Notes under the pieces: generated by a model
What the model was told of the DNA's origin: nothing
Database searches by the model: none
Seen by the model: the letters and a program-made list of their open reading frames with translations, nothing else
Part shown: piece after piece, positions 28,721 to 47,210 of the stretch
Layout: each line of letters starts with the position of its first letter
How positions within the stretch are numbered: the first letter of the stretch is position 1
Translations under genes and position numbers: made by a program
NCBI RefSeq assembly: GCF_009914755.1
Contig: NC_060934.1
DNA from: the human T2T-CHM13v2.0 reference genome, Homo sapiens
Strand: one strand, 5' to 3'
Length of the DNA: 64,000 nucleotides

Positions 28721-30909
28721 ATCAAACAGTCAGTGCATTGGCTTCTCTTAGAATGTAAATAGCAAACTTCAGGGATAAGAAATTGTACATGATTTGGGCA
28801 GAGTGTGTGGTTCTTACTCTAGCACTGGGGCTCTAGAAGAATGTATTCAGAACATCCTGTTCTTCCAACAAAAGTCACTTTAATAGTTTCCAAAGGAGAG
28901 AAATTGACCAGAAGGGAGTTAGCCTGAAGAATGCACAGGAAATTAGTGTATGCGGATGTCACCCCGAAGAGACATTAATCATGAATTCGGATTTTAGTGA
29001 ATGATATGAGCCACTTGGAGTAACTGGGTACCAGGGAGGAAGTAGAACCACACCAGTGTTAAGACAGAAAAACTTGAAGATACATTCATACAAGCAAGTT
29101 CACGGGTGTCAGTGCTTATCGGTATATGAGAACATGGTGAAGGCTGGCTTGGGCCGATCGATTGTGGATGTTTTCTTAGTAACTATATTCTAACTACCTG
29201 TTATATATTTTTTTGATAATTATGGGGACATTTTATTAATACTTATATCAAATGTGAACATTCATTTGTTCATTCATTAATGCACCCTTTGGACAAATGT
29301 TTATTTACTAACTGGGGTATATACTGGCATAGGTGCTGGTGCCTACAAAGATGATTAAGATATTGTTTCTTCTTCAAGACCTTACAGACTAGAAAAGAGG
29401 AGGCCTGATGTGATTGAAGTAATCTTACATTATTTTTTCTTGGGAAATATGAATGTAGAGCGTAACTCCTTATCAGGGGACTCACTCTGGGACTTGGGGA
29501 TGAGGGAGAGTCACTGACAAAGGGGGAGAAGAGGCTGTTGCCCTACCTAAGAAACATTAACTGTTCTCCATGCTCTGATCCCTTGTCCACCCCAGGAGGA
29601 AGGTTGATGAAATAAACATATCTCTTATGAAAATCCAGATATTAAAAACATTTTGTCCAAATTTAATTCATAAGGAAAGGGACTAACAAAACTTGCTTTT
29701 CAAAGGATAAATGCTTGAGGGGATGGAGACCCCCATTTTCCACAGTGTGATTATGACACATTGCACGCTTGTATCGATATCCATACTCCCACCCTGTGGG
29801 AAGGGCAATGAGTGAGAATGAGGGAGGTATGTAGTACACCTCCTGAGGTTGGGATTTGCAGCACTAAGTGGCAGGGACATCAGGGCAGTGATGGATCCTA
29901 GGGTTGAGCCCAGGGATCATTGGGTTTGAAGAGTTGACAGCCAAGGTCTCAATGCTGACAGCACAGGATCCTGCTACTATTTATAGACATTTCTTTGATG
30001 GTGTAAATTTCTGTTGGAAAAAAATCCACTTTAACCGTTGATCAAAGCTTGGTGGCCACCTAAGAATGATCTGACATGAACCATCCTGCTGGGGCTGGCC
30101 GGTTGAGAATAATTAATCAGTGACACACTCTATATGGTAGGCAAACACCGGAATTTGTTCTGTGCATTTAAATAACAACACTTGTGGGTATGTTTTTAAA
30201 TTCAGAACCGTTAAATTTCTTTCTCTTTGAACCTCAGATGATCATCTCTTTCTCCCATTTCTATGAAACATCTCCTCCAGCGGGCTTAACGTTTTAGTGG
30301 TAAGATTCAAATAAAATAGAAGTCTCGGTGGTGGGGTGGGAATTGGCTGAATTATTTGTAAAGGCATGAAGCTGGTCTCTCCTTAGTCCTTCTCCCTAGG
30401 GAAACGGTGGGCAGATCGTTCTTCTAGAGAGAGTATTATAGATTTCTGCAGCCCTGAAAATGAATCATCTGCTTCAAACGCATGAGTGCTCCGCAAAAGT
30501 GAGGTTCTTGCCTCAACTAGATTAATTCAGTTCATATCAACCAATCTCTATTAAGGACAACCACGTGTAAGCCCAAAGCAGTAGGCAATTGCATATACAA
30601 AATGTGTTCCTTGAACCATTTTCCTGTCTAACCTAGAGCAGTGGTTTTCTATTCAGCAAGATCACATATTTGAAGATCAGGTTTGGGCAGGTGATCAGAC
30701 CACCACACAGTGGATCAGAATCAGTCAGTAAGACACATTAGTTACCTATTTTCATGCCTGGGTCAGTAAACCTAAGTAGAAGTTTAATCCAATTATTAAA
30801 TAAGTACTGAGATACTTTTAAAGAGCAAAACCACTGGCTTTTATTTTGATCACCCAATTAGTCCCACAGATCCAGTTTACATGAAAAAAAAAAAAAAACT
30901 ACATGTTTG

Positions 30910-31517
30910 TTTTTAATCGTTTTTGAGTTGATTTTTGTATATGGTATAAAATAAAGGTCCAGTTTCATTATTCTGCGTTGTGGATATCCAGTTTTTACAA
31001 CACCATTTATTGAAGAGATTGTCTTTTTCCCAAACCTGGAGGATATTACGCTAAGTGAAAAATGTCAGACACAGAAAGACACATATATTGCATCATCTCA
31101 CTTCTAGGTAGAAGGCTAAAATAGCCAGACTCACAGAGGAACAGGGTAGAATGTGGTTTCCAGGAGCTGGAGGAGGGGGAAATGGGGAGATGTTGGTCAA
31201 GGGGTACAAAGTTTCAGTTACGCAGGAGGAATAAGTTCTGGGCACCCAATGCACAGCGATGTGACTGAGTTAACAATGCTGTACTGTCTACTTGAAATTT
31301 GCTGAGAGGATAGATCTTAAGTGTTCTCATCATAAAATGTTTTTTAGAAAAAGAAAGCAAAAAAGAAAATGGCAACTATATGAGGTGATAGATACATTAA
31401 TTAGCTTGATCCTGGTGATTATTTCACAATGTATACCTGCATAGGAACATTACATCATACACCTTAAATACATACAATTTTTGTCCGTGATATCTCCATA
31501 AAGATGGAAAAGAAAAC
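30910..31517 (+). mobile_element. Old L1 (L1MA/MB) 3' end with inverted 5' piece
   Basis: 30910-31031 is antisense ORF2-region text (ttttgagttgatttttgtatatgg..caccatttattgaagaga); 31032-31517 is the sense 3' end. Confidence 0.75.
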
Positions 31518-32021
31518 TCTCAATGATATGTGTAAGAGCAACTGATATTAATGTCCTAATGACATACTTGTCTATCAAGCTTCTGCCTTACCTTCAAACT
31601 ACAAAGAGAGAGGATTTTAAAGATTGTTTGTTTGTTTAAGTAAAACAAGCCCTTTTGATGGCCATATAGACAACAAGCTGCCTGTCTGGGTCTAGTTAAA
31701 GGCTGGCCTGTCTGCTCCAGCTATCTCTTGGAGAACAGACATGTTAATTTAAAGGTTTGCTTCTATAGGGCCCCTGGCAGCCTGGCACTGGCCTGGGATC
31801 AGGCAGTGGTTCTCAGAAGACTACACTCTTAGCATCTGCCCTTATTCTTCCATGTTTGTGTAGATGGCTTACACAACCAACCTTGTCTTTCCCACTCAGG
31901 ATGCATTTTCCATTTTGACAGCCTCTCCAATGAGTACAAAGCCTCTATTCCTCTGCATCCATCTCCAGCCCCACCGCAGTCCCTGGCTCATGCACCCACA
32001 ACCCCTGACCAGTCACAAGGA

Positions 32022-32628
<607 letters not shown>

Positions 32629-33681
32629 TTACAGATGTTTTTTAATGGCTCTTTCCCATCTGTAACAGACACACAGGATTTAAAGATTTCCATGCCTTCC
32701 GGAGTTGTTTAGAGAACCAAGGCATGAGCTCTAGGCGAAGCTCTTAGAGCTGGTCTGAAATGAGAAGCTGTGGAATAGGAGCTGGAGCTATGTGACGACT
32801 ACTACCATTGCATGTTCTGCACTTTGGACAACTTTGAGTGGGGCATTTTGCTCATTAATGTCATTGCCAAATCCAGGAAGTCTGCTGGTTGTAAAACAAT
32901 CTTGAGGAAGAACCACCATCCATTTCACCCAACTCTGACTTAGATTTTTTTTTTTTCTTCCCCCATTGCCTTTCCCATGGGCCTTAGAATGATCAATGAT
33001 GTTTAATCCCTTTAGAGTCAGCGGCCTTGGTTCTAAGAAATATTCTAAGTTTTTAATTTTTTGAGATGGGGTCTTTCTATGTTGCCCAGGCTGACCCTGA
33101 ACTCCCAGACTCAAGCAATCCTCAGGCCTCAGCCTCTTGAGTAGCTGGGACTTCACGCATTCTACCACTGCTGGCTCTAACAAGTATTTAAAAATACTCC
33201 CTTACTGTCCTCAAATAAAATTCATGGATCGTGCAACCTGCTTACACATATTATTGAAAAAAATTAGCACAATTCTCTGTTATGTAAACAAAAGATAGTA
33301 GGAAAGTAATCTGTCAGCAAATAACATATATTACAATATGTAAATGTTTGCAGATAATGCAACTACAACCAGAAATCATGAAGAAGTGATCGATTTCTTA
33401 ATTACTGTGAGGCCAGAACTCCAAATGCTAATTGCCAAATGTCTGTCATGTTGGAGACTCAAATGCCACTGGGGTATTGCCATTAGTGAAGCGCTTTTCC
33501 TGAAACATGAATAGTTCTTGGTGAACTTCCGGCTAAAACAAAGCATTATCACCCCTTGACTTGCAGGAGAGTTGTACTTGGGAGAGTCTGTAAACGGTGA
33601 ACCGCAAGTAGCGCCATCCACACCCGCGACCCCTCCCTCACTGTTGCTGCCTGGGAACTACGTTGCCACCACTTCCAGTGA

Positions 33682-33700
33682 AGGCCACCAGGGGGCGCCA
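33682..33700 (+). promoter_or_regulatory. CTCF binding motif
   Basis: AGGCCACCAGGGGGCGCCA closely matches the core consensus TGGCCACCAGGGGGCGCTA; lies in a CpG-retaining patch (33590-33780). Confidence 0.8.
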
Positions 33701-34076
33701 GCAAGGGGGAGCTGCTGGCGGACACCACCCTAAGACGCCCACCCTTTGGTGGATGCGGTGTTCTGTGCGGTGTCCACCATCACCCCTCAGACACCAGCAT
33801 GGCATCCCCTCACCCCATCTGTTGCTAGGAGCCAGCATCCCTGGACTGCACTAGTGATAAAAGGCGGGGGACATCCTGCAGGAAGGAAATGGGGCTGAGT
33901 GTGTTTGTGTCTTTGAGCAGGAGACGGTGGTGGTGGGAAATCATGCACAGTCTGTTTCCCAGTCTTGGTAACTTTGCCTGGTATTGCCAGATATACCCAA
34001 GAGCAATTCAAGTGGCTGCAGTAGTCACCAGGTAGGTCTGGAACGAAACTGAATATCTGCGAGGCTCCACTACGTT

Positions 34077-35124
<1,048 letters not shown>

Positions 35125-36183
35125 TCCACTATGTTGTTGAGACACTACATTCCCCAATAGCAAGAGCTATCTGTTATAACTTGGACATTTTTCTATTTGG
35201 TCCCTAGGGTCCCCCACTAAGGACATGCTTGGGAGGTCATGGCACTGTGTACCCTGCCTTTCCCTAGATGTTCATTAAGCGCATTTGTTGCATTGTGCAT
35301 ATCCTTGCCTGCTCCCTAGGCTGTGGAGGAGCTATCGGTACCCAGCTGGTTGTCTGTGGCAGGCTGGTAGCAGGTGAGGGCAGGTCTCGGGGTTCCGAGT
35401 GATGAGAATCCAGAGACGCACGTCCCTGACTATTGCTGGATCCTTGAGCAGACAGGGCCCTCTGTTACCCACACTCGAGTTCCAGAACTTAGAAGAAGAG
35501 TTCCAAGAACAGCTGGCTGTGGAACAGCCATGGGAGGATGTCTCTTGCCCTTTAAGCTTCCATGAGGTGAATATATACAGTGTCCATCCCTGAGAAAAAT
35601 GAAGCTTCCACAAGACAACAGATAAATATTTTCAGGAGAAAATGAAATATTTTCATGAGAGATGATCAGATCTGATCCTGGGCCTTGGGTGGGTGGGTCT
35701 CTACCTGCACTTTACAACCCTAATCAATAAATAACCTGAGCTCCTTGTTCAGCTTACAAGTCCTTGGTCCAGTTTAGCTCAAAGAGAGACGGATGTCCAG
35801 TGACCTAAATTTATCTTACAATGGCAGTGCTGTGCCTGACACCAGGTTCATGCATCTTCACACAGGCCGTCCCTAGAAGAGAAAAGGATGCCTCCCCTCA
35901 TTGGCTTTCTAATATTACTGCAACAACTACAACCTTGGGGACAATTTCCTGGTGGGAGGACATGCCCAATAATGCAGGTGCATAGTGGAACACTGGCATC
36001 ACTTAGTTGGTGACTTGAGGACCTCAGTCTCCCTGGGTTCAGTTTCCTCATGTGTCAAATTCCCAGCTTAACTAGATGAGGGTTTCCAGACTTTGAGTAA
36101 TATGAAACAGTACAATCTGAAAATGAAATTAAATACCGGGGGGACCAACCTATAGGGTTGTCAGTATCTTATATGCTACGTTA

Positions 36184-36525
<342 letters not shown>

Positions 36526-36947
36526 TGAAACAAGCCAAATATAATCTGCTGTCTCCATGATTTTATTAAAGAAAAGACATTTTAACACACACTGAAAACA
36601 GGAGAGATAAAAATATTGGGTTTTAAAGTGGATAAATTTAGCTTGATAGAAAAATCCTTCTGTTGTCTGTATTTTTCTCCTGGGCTGCGTACCCATGAGG
36701 ATTTTATTATAATGGAGATCAGGAAAGGGCATCTGGGACCAGAGCACAAGAGGATCCCAGCCTCGATCCAGCTGTATTTTTATCTCTAGTTTTTAATCTC
36801 CAGTTTTTATCTCTAGTTTTTAATACAGCCTCACACTGTTCCTATGAAATAGACTAAAGATATGCAAGAAACACACTAGTAAGCGAATCTCTGGAAACAG
36901 AATCCTCCACCTTCCTTTCCATGTGTTTTGCTTCTCTGACCATCTCA

Positions 36948-37446
<499 letters not shown>

Positions 37447-37696
37447 CAGCAGAGAACATCAGCAAGACGGAAAGGGAAAGCTGGAAAGATAAACACCCCG
37501 CCTTCCTGTTCGGAGTCTGCAGAAAAGGGACAAAGCCAGGCCAAGGGGAGCGGAGTATAGTGATGCTTGTTTCACTTCTTAACCCGGATTGCTTGCATTT
37601 GTACTTTCTGGGTGATGCTACCCACTTCCTACCATGACGGAATCACTGATTTTTACCTCTTCTCTAAGCACATGCTTGAGAGGGAGCAACTCAAGT

Positions 37697-37951
37697 TTTT
37701 GGGATGGAGTCTTGCTCTGTTGCCCAGGCTGGAGCACAGTAGACAGGCTCAAGCAATTCACCTCCCTCAGCCTCCCGAGTAGCTGGAATTACAGGCTATT
37801 GACCATTATACTCGTCTAATTTTTTTGTATTTTTAGTAGAGATGGGGTTTCGCCAGGTTGGCCAGACTGGTCTCGAACTCCTGACCTCAAGTGATCTACC
37901 CGCCTCAGCCTCCCAAAGTGGCAAGAATACAGGCATGCTCCACCGTGCCCA
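37697..37951 (-). mobile_element. Alu, rearranged right arm
   Basis: Antisense Alu with an internal deletion. Confidence 0.88.
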
Positions 37952-37999
37952 GTTGGGAGCAACCCAATTCTTACCCTCAAAACTGAAAAGCTGTGCTTT

Positions 38000-40373
<2,374 letters not shown>

Positions 40374-40424
40374 AATTTGCATTTCTAATTGCTAAGTAAG
40401 ATCTTTTTCTTGCTCACTTTCTGA

Positions 40425-40531
40425 TCTGTCCGTCCGTCCGTCCATCCATCCATCCATCCATCCATCCATCCATCCATCCATCCATCTATCTATCTATCTA
40501 TCTATCTATATTGGAACCCCAAAATCAATCA

Positions 40532-40586
<55 letters not shown>
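40425..40586. repeat. Compound tetranucleotide STR (TCCG)(TCCA)n(TCTA)n
   Basis: Direct reading; interrupted by ttggaaccccaaaatca at 40511. Confidence 0.95.
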
Positions 40587-40993
40587 ATCTTGGAACCCCA
40601 AAATCACTAAGCTAAAGGGAAAAATCAAGCTGGGAATGGCTTAGGCTAAACCTGCCTTCCATTCTATTCAAAGTCATCCCTCTGCTCACTGAGATAAATG
40701 CATATCTGATTTCTTCCTTAGGAAAGGCTGGTCAGAAACTCAAAAGAATGCAACCATTTGTCTCTTATCTACCTATGACCTGTGAACCCTCTTCCTCACT
40801 TTGAGTTGTCCTGGCTTTCTGGCCTGAACCAATGTGCATCTTACATATACTGATTGATAACACCAAGCTGTACCCAACCACCTTGGGCGCATGTCGTCAG
40901 GACCTCGTGAGGCTGTGTCACGGCCGTGCATCCTTAACTTTGGCAAAATAAATTTCCTAAATTGAGACCTGTCTCAGATATTTGGGGTTCATA
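40587..40993 (+). mobile_element. MER4A-like ERV1 solo LTR, 5' end missing
   Basis: ccccaaaatcactaagctaaagggaaaa..ctcactgagataaatgcatatctgat..gagacctgtctcagatatttggggttca. Confidence 0.85.
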
Positions 40994-41059
40994 TATGTAT
41001 GTATGTGAGTATGTATGTATGTATCTATCCATTTATCTGTCATCTCATCTAATCTTTGC

Positions 41060-41290
41060 TTTGTGCTAGGCACTGTTCCAAGTGCCTTAGAAATATGAAC
41101 TTACTTAATCCTCACAACAGCCCATATGGTGCTTAATTATTTTTACCATCCTTGTTTTACAGATGGAGAAACTCAGGAACAGAGAGGTTAAGTCACTGGC
41201 TCAGAGTCACACAGCCAGTCGAATGACAGAGCCTGAATAGGAATGCAAGCCTCTGGCTCCGGGGTCAGTGATAATCACTGCTACACTGGG
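41060..41290 (-). mobile_element. MIR
   Basis: ttaatcctcacaac..ttttacagatggagaaactcagg..agagaggttaagt. Confidence 0.8.
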
Positions 41291-42589
41291 CTTGTGTGTG
41301 TACAACATTCTAATTTTTGTGAACAGTCACTTGCTCCCTGTCACCGAGAGAAAATCCTTCTTCTGTTGAATGAAACAGAGAAAGTTCTTGTGGGGAAGCA
41401 AAGCTGGGTAAGAAGTGTGTGTAGCAGGGCTGTAGGGGTGGTTTCTGGAAAATGTTTGGTATTCATTTACAAGATAATCTTAATAGCATCTCCATTGTGT
41501 AATGGAGAGACTCAATAATGGTACTGAAGGAATTTAGCTGAAGTTAATGTTCTTGCAAAAAAACAGAGAATGATGCAATTCTTTAACTCTGGGAGGAGTG
41601 TAACATTCATCTGAGACTAACTGCATTTTGGAGATAAAGGAACAGGCCCCAGGGACTTTGGCCTTACTTGGCCTGTTTGCTGAAGGCCATGCATGGTGCC
41701 TGCGACCAGAATCTAGACTTTCCACCTGCAGTTAGGGTTCTCCTTCTTATTTACTTCTTATTAACAGGATGAGTACTCCTCAGAAACCATAGACTGTCTC
41801 AGTTTCTCCTTCCCTCTCTGCAAATGTGTTCTCCAGAGGAAATAAGACGGAGACGCCAGCTTAGGCCTGCAGTGGATACAGTGGTTTTGGCTTCATGTAC
41901 ACAGGTGTTCCATTTAATGAGGTGTTGAAGGGAAGGTGGTTGAAAAAGAAATATACAGGGTGTGAGAAGAAGGAAGGCAAAACGTCTATTACCCACAAGC
42001 CCAGAGAAATCTATTTCTCCAGGCTGCAAAGTAGCAAGTGCCAGGATTTTGGAGTGGAATAACTGCTCTACTTCCTCTTAATCAAAGGAATTATATAACT
42101 CCCCTGAGAGAAAGCAAAATGACTTATTTTATCATAATGAAGCTTTTAAAATGGCAACTTGCAGTACTTTGAAAAAGTCGTAGAGTATATGGGGTTATAC
42201 TCGTTTCTTCTTCTTTGTTTTGTTTTTTAGTTTTCTTGCTGAAATTGGACAATCAGAGCACATGTCAAACACTTCTGCTTTCTTCAAAGAAAACAGAGCT
42301 CTTTCTGTGCCTCAAATTCTTCTGAGCTGCTTTTAAGGGAGTCTAACTTGGTTCCTTATCTCTTTTTTCAAAAGGCGTTTCTCATGACATTCTTCAAAAA
42401 GCTTTGCTTTGTTGTAGTTTCCAATATTTCAACATTTTTATTTTACAGCTTAACTTGTCATCATGAAAATTCTGACTAATGTCCTTTTGTCTGTTTACAA
42501 ATTAGTTTCATTTTCTGCCACCAAAAGGGAAACATACTGTGATCTCCATACTTGAGCTATTTTGTCAAACAAGAGTTAAAATCAGGAAA

Positions 42590-44013
<1,424 letters not shown>

Positions 44014-44895
44014 GAAATTCATTTCGAAACAAAACTCAGTACTGAATTCTCCCTGGTGCAGAAAGAGAAAATCAACCTGTACAATCCTCATGACAAAAAT
44101 CTATATATTTTCATCAGACACTTAGAAAATGTTCAGATCTTCCAGGTGTAGAGATGGGAGAGGAGAGAGAGAAAAAATTTTTTAAAGCATCCTTTTACTT
44201 CCAGAAGGTTACCATGTTATCTATGTGTTGACAAAAACATTTTCTTCACCAAAAAGTGTGCACATTTAACATTAAAGTTGCTGAGAATTCAATACAAATA
44301 TATTTCTGAGGGATTTTTTTATGAGAAATTCTAGCCATATGTCCCATGTTAGTTCTGAAGGAATTCTAAAATTTGATGTGTGTTGTGTGGATATAAAGGT
44401 GATACTCAAAGGAAATGTCTGAGAATGTGTATTTATATTTTATAACAAGATTAAATCACATGATTTATCCACAAATTTTTTTTCCTTCCTTTACCAATTT
44501 CACTCCCTGCCCACTGATTTCTTGAATTCTCCCATTTCATCTCCTCTATTCCTCTCTGATGTGCAGTTGAGGTATTTGTCAAAATTCTCCCTTCTCCCCT
44601 CTCCTGTCCTCTCACTGTCTGGAAACTTGTCCACTCTGATGAGGATTTCTCTGTTTCCTTTGGCTGGATGATTTCTCACTCCCCAGCACCTGCTCTAACT
44701 TCTGTCCATCACTCCAGCCTCGACTGCACAGCTGCCTGGACAGGCACAGACAACGACGCCATCCATCAGCATTACAATAGAAGACACAAAATCAAATTGA
44801 CTTCTCATCAAACTAGCTGCAGCTTTCCACTGCCTTACCTAGGTTAGTGGTACCATCATTCAACTAGGTGTCCGGTCCCAGATCTCTGGGTCATC

Positions 44896-45193
44896 TTTTT
44901 TTTTTCTTAAGACAAGGTCTTGCCCTCTCGCCCAGACTGCAGTGAAGTGGTGCAATCACAGCTCACTATAACTTCGAACTGTGGGACTCAAGCATTCTTC
45001 CTACTTCATTCTCCTGAATAGCTGGGACTACAGGCACATGCCACCATGCCTGGCTATTTATTAAAACTTATTTGTAGAGATGGGGTCCCACTGTGTTGCC
45101 CAGGCTGGTCTCCAGTTCCTGTCCTCAAGTGATCCTTCTGCCTTAAACTCCCTAGGTGCTGGGATTACAGGTATGAACCACTGTGTCCTGCCC
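44896..45193 (-). mobile_element. Alu (J family)
   Basis: Diverged antisense dimer; TSD tgggtcatcttt. Confidence 0.9.
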
Positions 45194-45414
45194 TTTGGGT
45201 CATCTTTAACGTCTCTGCTCTCCAATTTCAAATCAGTTGTCCAACCCAGTTGATTCTACCTTTTACATTCTCTTTCCTGTCGCCCCTTTACTTCCCACAG
45301 TGTTGTTACTGTTGTTTGAGCTCTATTGTTTTAGCCGTGTGGCTCTTTGCTGATCTCTCTATTGCCATCTTTTCCTTCTCTAATTCTTTCTGCATTTGGC
45401 TGCTTCACTATTTA

Positions 45415-45850
45415 GAATAGTGGCTCCCTGACCCCCATTCCTGTCTGGTAAAACCTATGAATGTGACCTTATTTGGAAATAGGTTCTTTGTACATGTCAA
45501 GTTAACATGAGATCATCCTGGATTAGGGTGGGCCCTAAGTCCAATATGACTAGCCCTTCTACGAAGAGTGAATTTGGACACAGACACATAGAAAGAACAC
45601 CATATGAGGACAGAGGCACATTGGAAGAGGCATCTAGAAGCCCAGGAATGCCAAGGACTGCTGGCAAGCAGCAGGAGCTGGGAGAGGGCACAGAACAGAT
45701 TTCTCCTGAGCCTTCAGAGGCAGTGGGGCTCTGCTGAGGCCTCAATTTCATACTTCTAGACTTGGGCACTGTGGAAGAACAGATTTCTGTTGTTTTAAGC
45801 CAGCCAGTTTGTGACATTTTGTTATGGGAGGCTTAAGAAAGTAATACAGC
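45415..45850 (+). mobile_element. MLT1-family (ERVL-MaLR) LTR
   Basis: gaatgtgaccttatttggaaatagg..atttctgttgttttaagcca..gtaataca. Confidence 0.85.
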
Positions 45851-45983
45851 TACCACCATAACCTTCATAGAACATTGTTTTCAACCACAACACTGCTCTG
45901 CTGAAGAATATCCAATGCCTATCTCTCGTCTACCAGATTGAATTCAGCGATACCTTTGCCAGTCAGGCTACATTCTCTGGCCC

Positions 45984-46253
45984 CTTTTTCTTTTTCTTGA
46001 GATAGGGTCTCACTGTGTCACCCAGGCTGGAATGCTGTGGTGAGCAGCCTCAAACTCCTGGCCTCAAGTAATCTTCCCACCTCAGCCTCCCGAGTAGCTG
46101 GGACTACAGGCACCCACCACCGTGCCCAGCTAATTTTGCTTATTTTTGTAGTGACAGGGCCTATCTATGTTGCCCTGGCTGGTCTTGAACTCCTGGACTC
46201 GAATGATCCTCCTAAACTGCTGGGATTAGAAGAGTGAGCCACTATGCCTGGCC
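45984..46253 (-). mobile_element. Alu (J family)
   Basis: Antisense diverged Alu with small deletions. Confidence 0.88.
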
Positions 46254-46539
46254 ATTCCCTGGTCCTTCTGCCATCATGACTTCATGTGACTTACACTGTA
46301 GCCTAGCAAAACTGCTTGCTCCTCCTTCAGCACACCTTTGCCTTTCCACCTGGTGTGCAACATCTGGTGTGTTCTCACTTTGACCTCTTCCCACTAACAC
46401 TGTACCGCTTTTTCAAGGTGTTCAGATGCCACTGTCTTCATGAAGCTTTCCCTAGGTTCAGCAAGGTGTGGGTACTCGCTCTCTTAATGTCCACTGCTGA
46501 CATGTCTATTACGCACACACTTTGCCCCCTTTCATGGTG

Positions 46540-47210
46540 AGTTATATACTTTAAACACATTTATTATAAAACATTTAAGATATAACCATAAATATGTATC
46601 GTTATTGAATAATATGTATGTGAATACATATTACTATTACATATTTTTATATACAATAAAATATATTACTATAATTATGTATAAGATGATATACAATAAT
46701 TATAATCACATTCTTATGATATAATTATGTCATATTTATATTATATTATATATGATATAATTATATTATAATATTTATCATATTATATTAGATATAATTG
46801 TCTACCAGACATATATAATGTAAAGTATAATATATATCTATAATCATATTATATATGATATAATTATATAGAATAGATATGTATTATATATAATTGCCTA
46901 CAAATATATATATCACATATAATTATATATCATATTATATATGGTATAATTATGATAGTAAAACTATATTATAATTATCATATTTAATGTATTAATACAT
47001 ATTCAATTTTATACATATGTATTCATATTATTCAATACATACATATTATTCAATGTTATACATATGTATTCATATTATACATATTACATATTATCAATAT
47101 GTATGTATTGAAAAGTATATTTCAATGATCAAATGTACTAAAACAGAATTTATTTAAATAAATACATTTGATTATTGAAATATACTTTCACATTTTACTA
47201 ATCAAATACA
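46540..47210. repeat. AT-rich low-complexity (TA/TATAAT) region with inverted repeats
   Basis: Very high A+T content; inverted repeats at 47031-47112 and 47112-47188. Confidence 0.9.

Noticed and set aside
35332-35618. Cluster of overlapping ORFs suggesting a pseudogene fragment
   Set aside because: No recognisable protein, poly-A or TSD.
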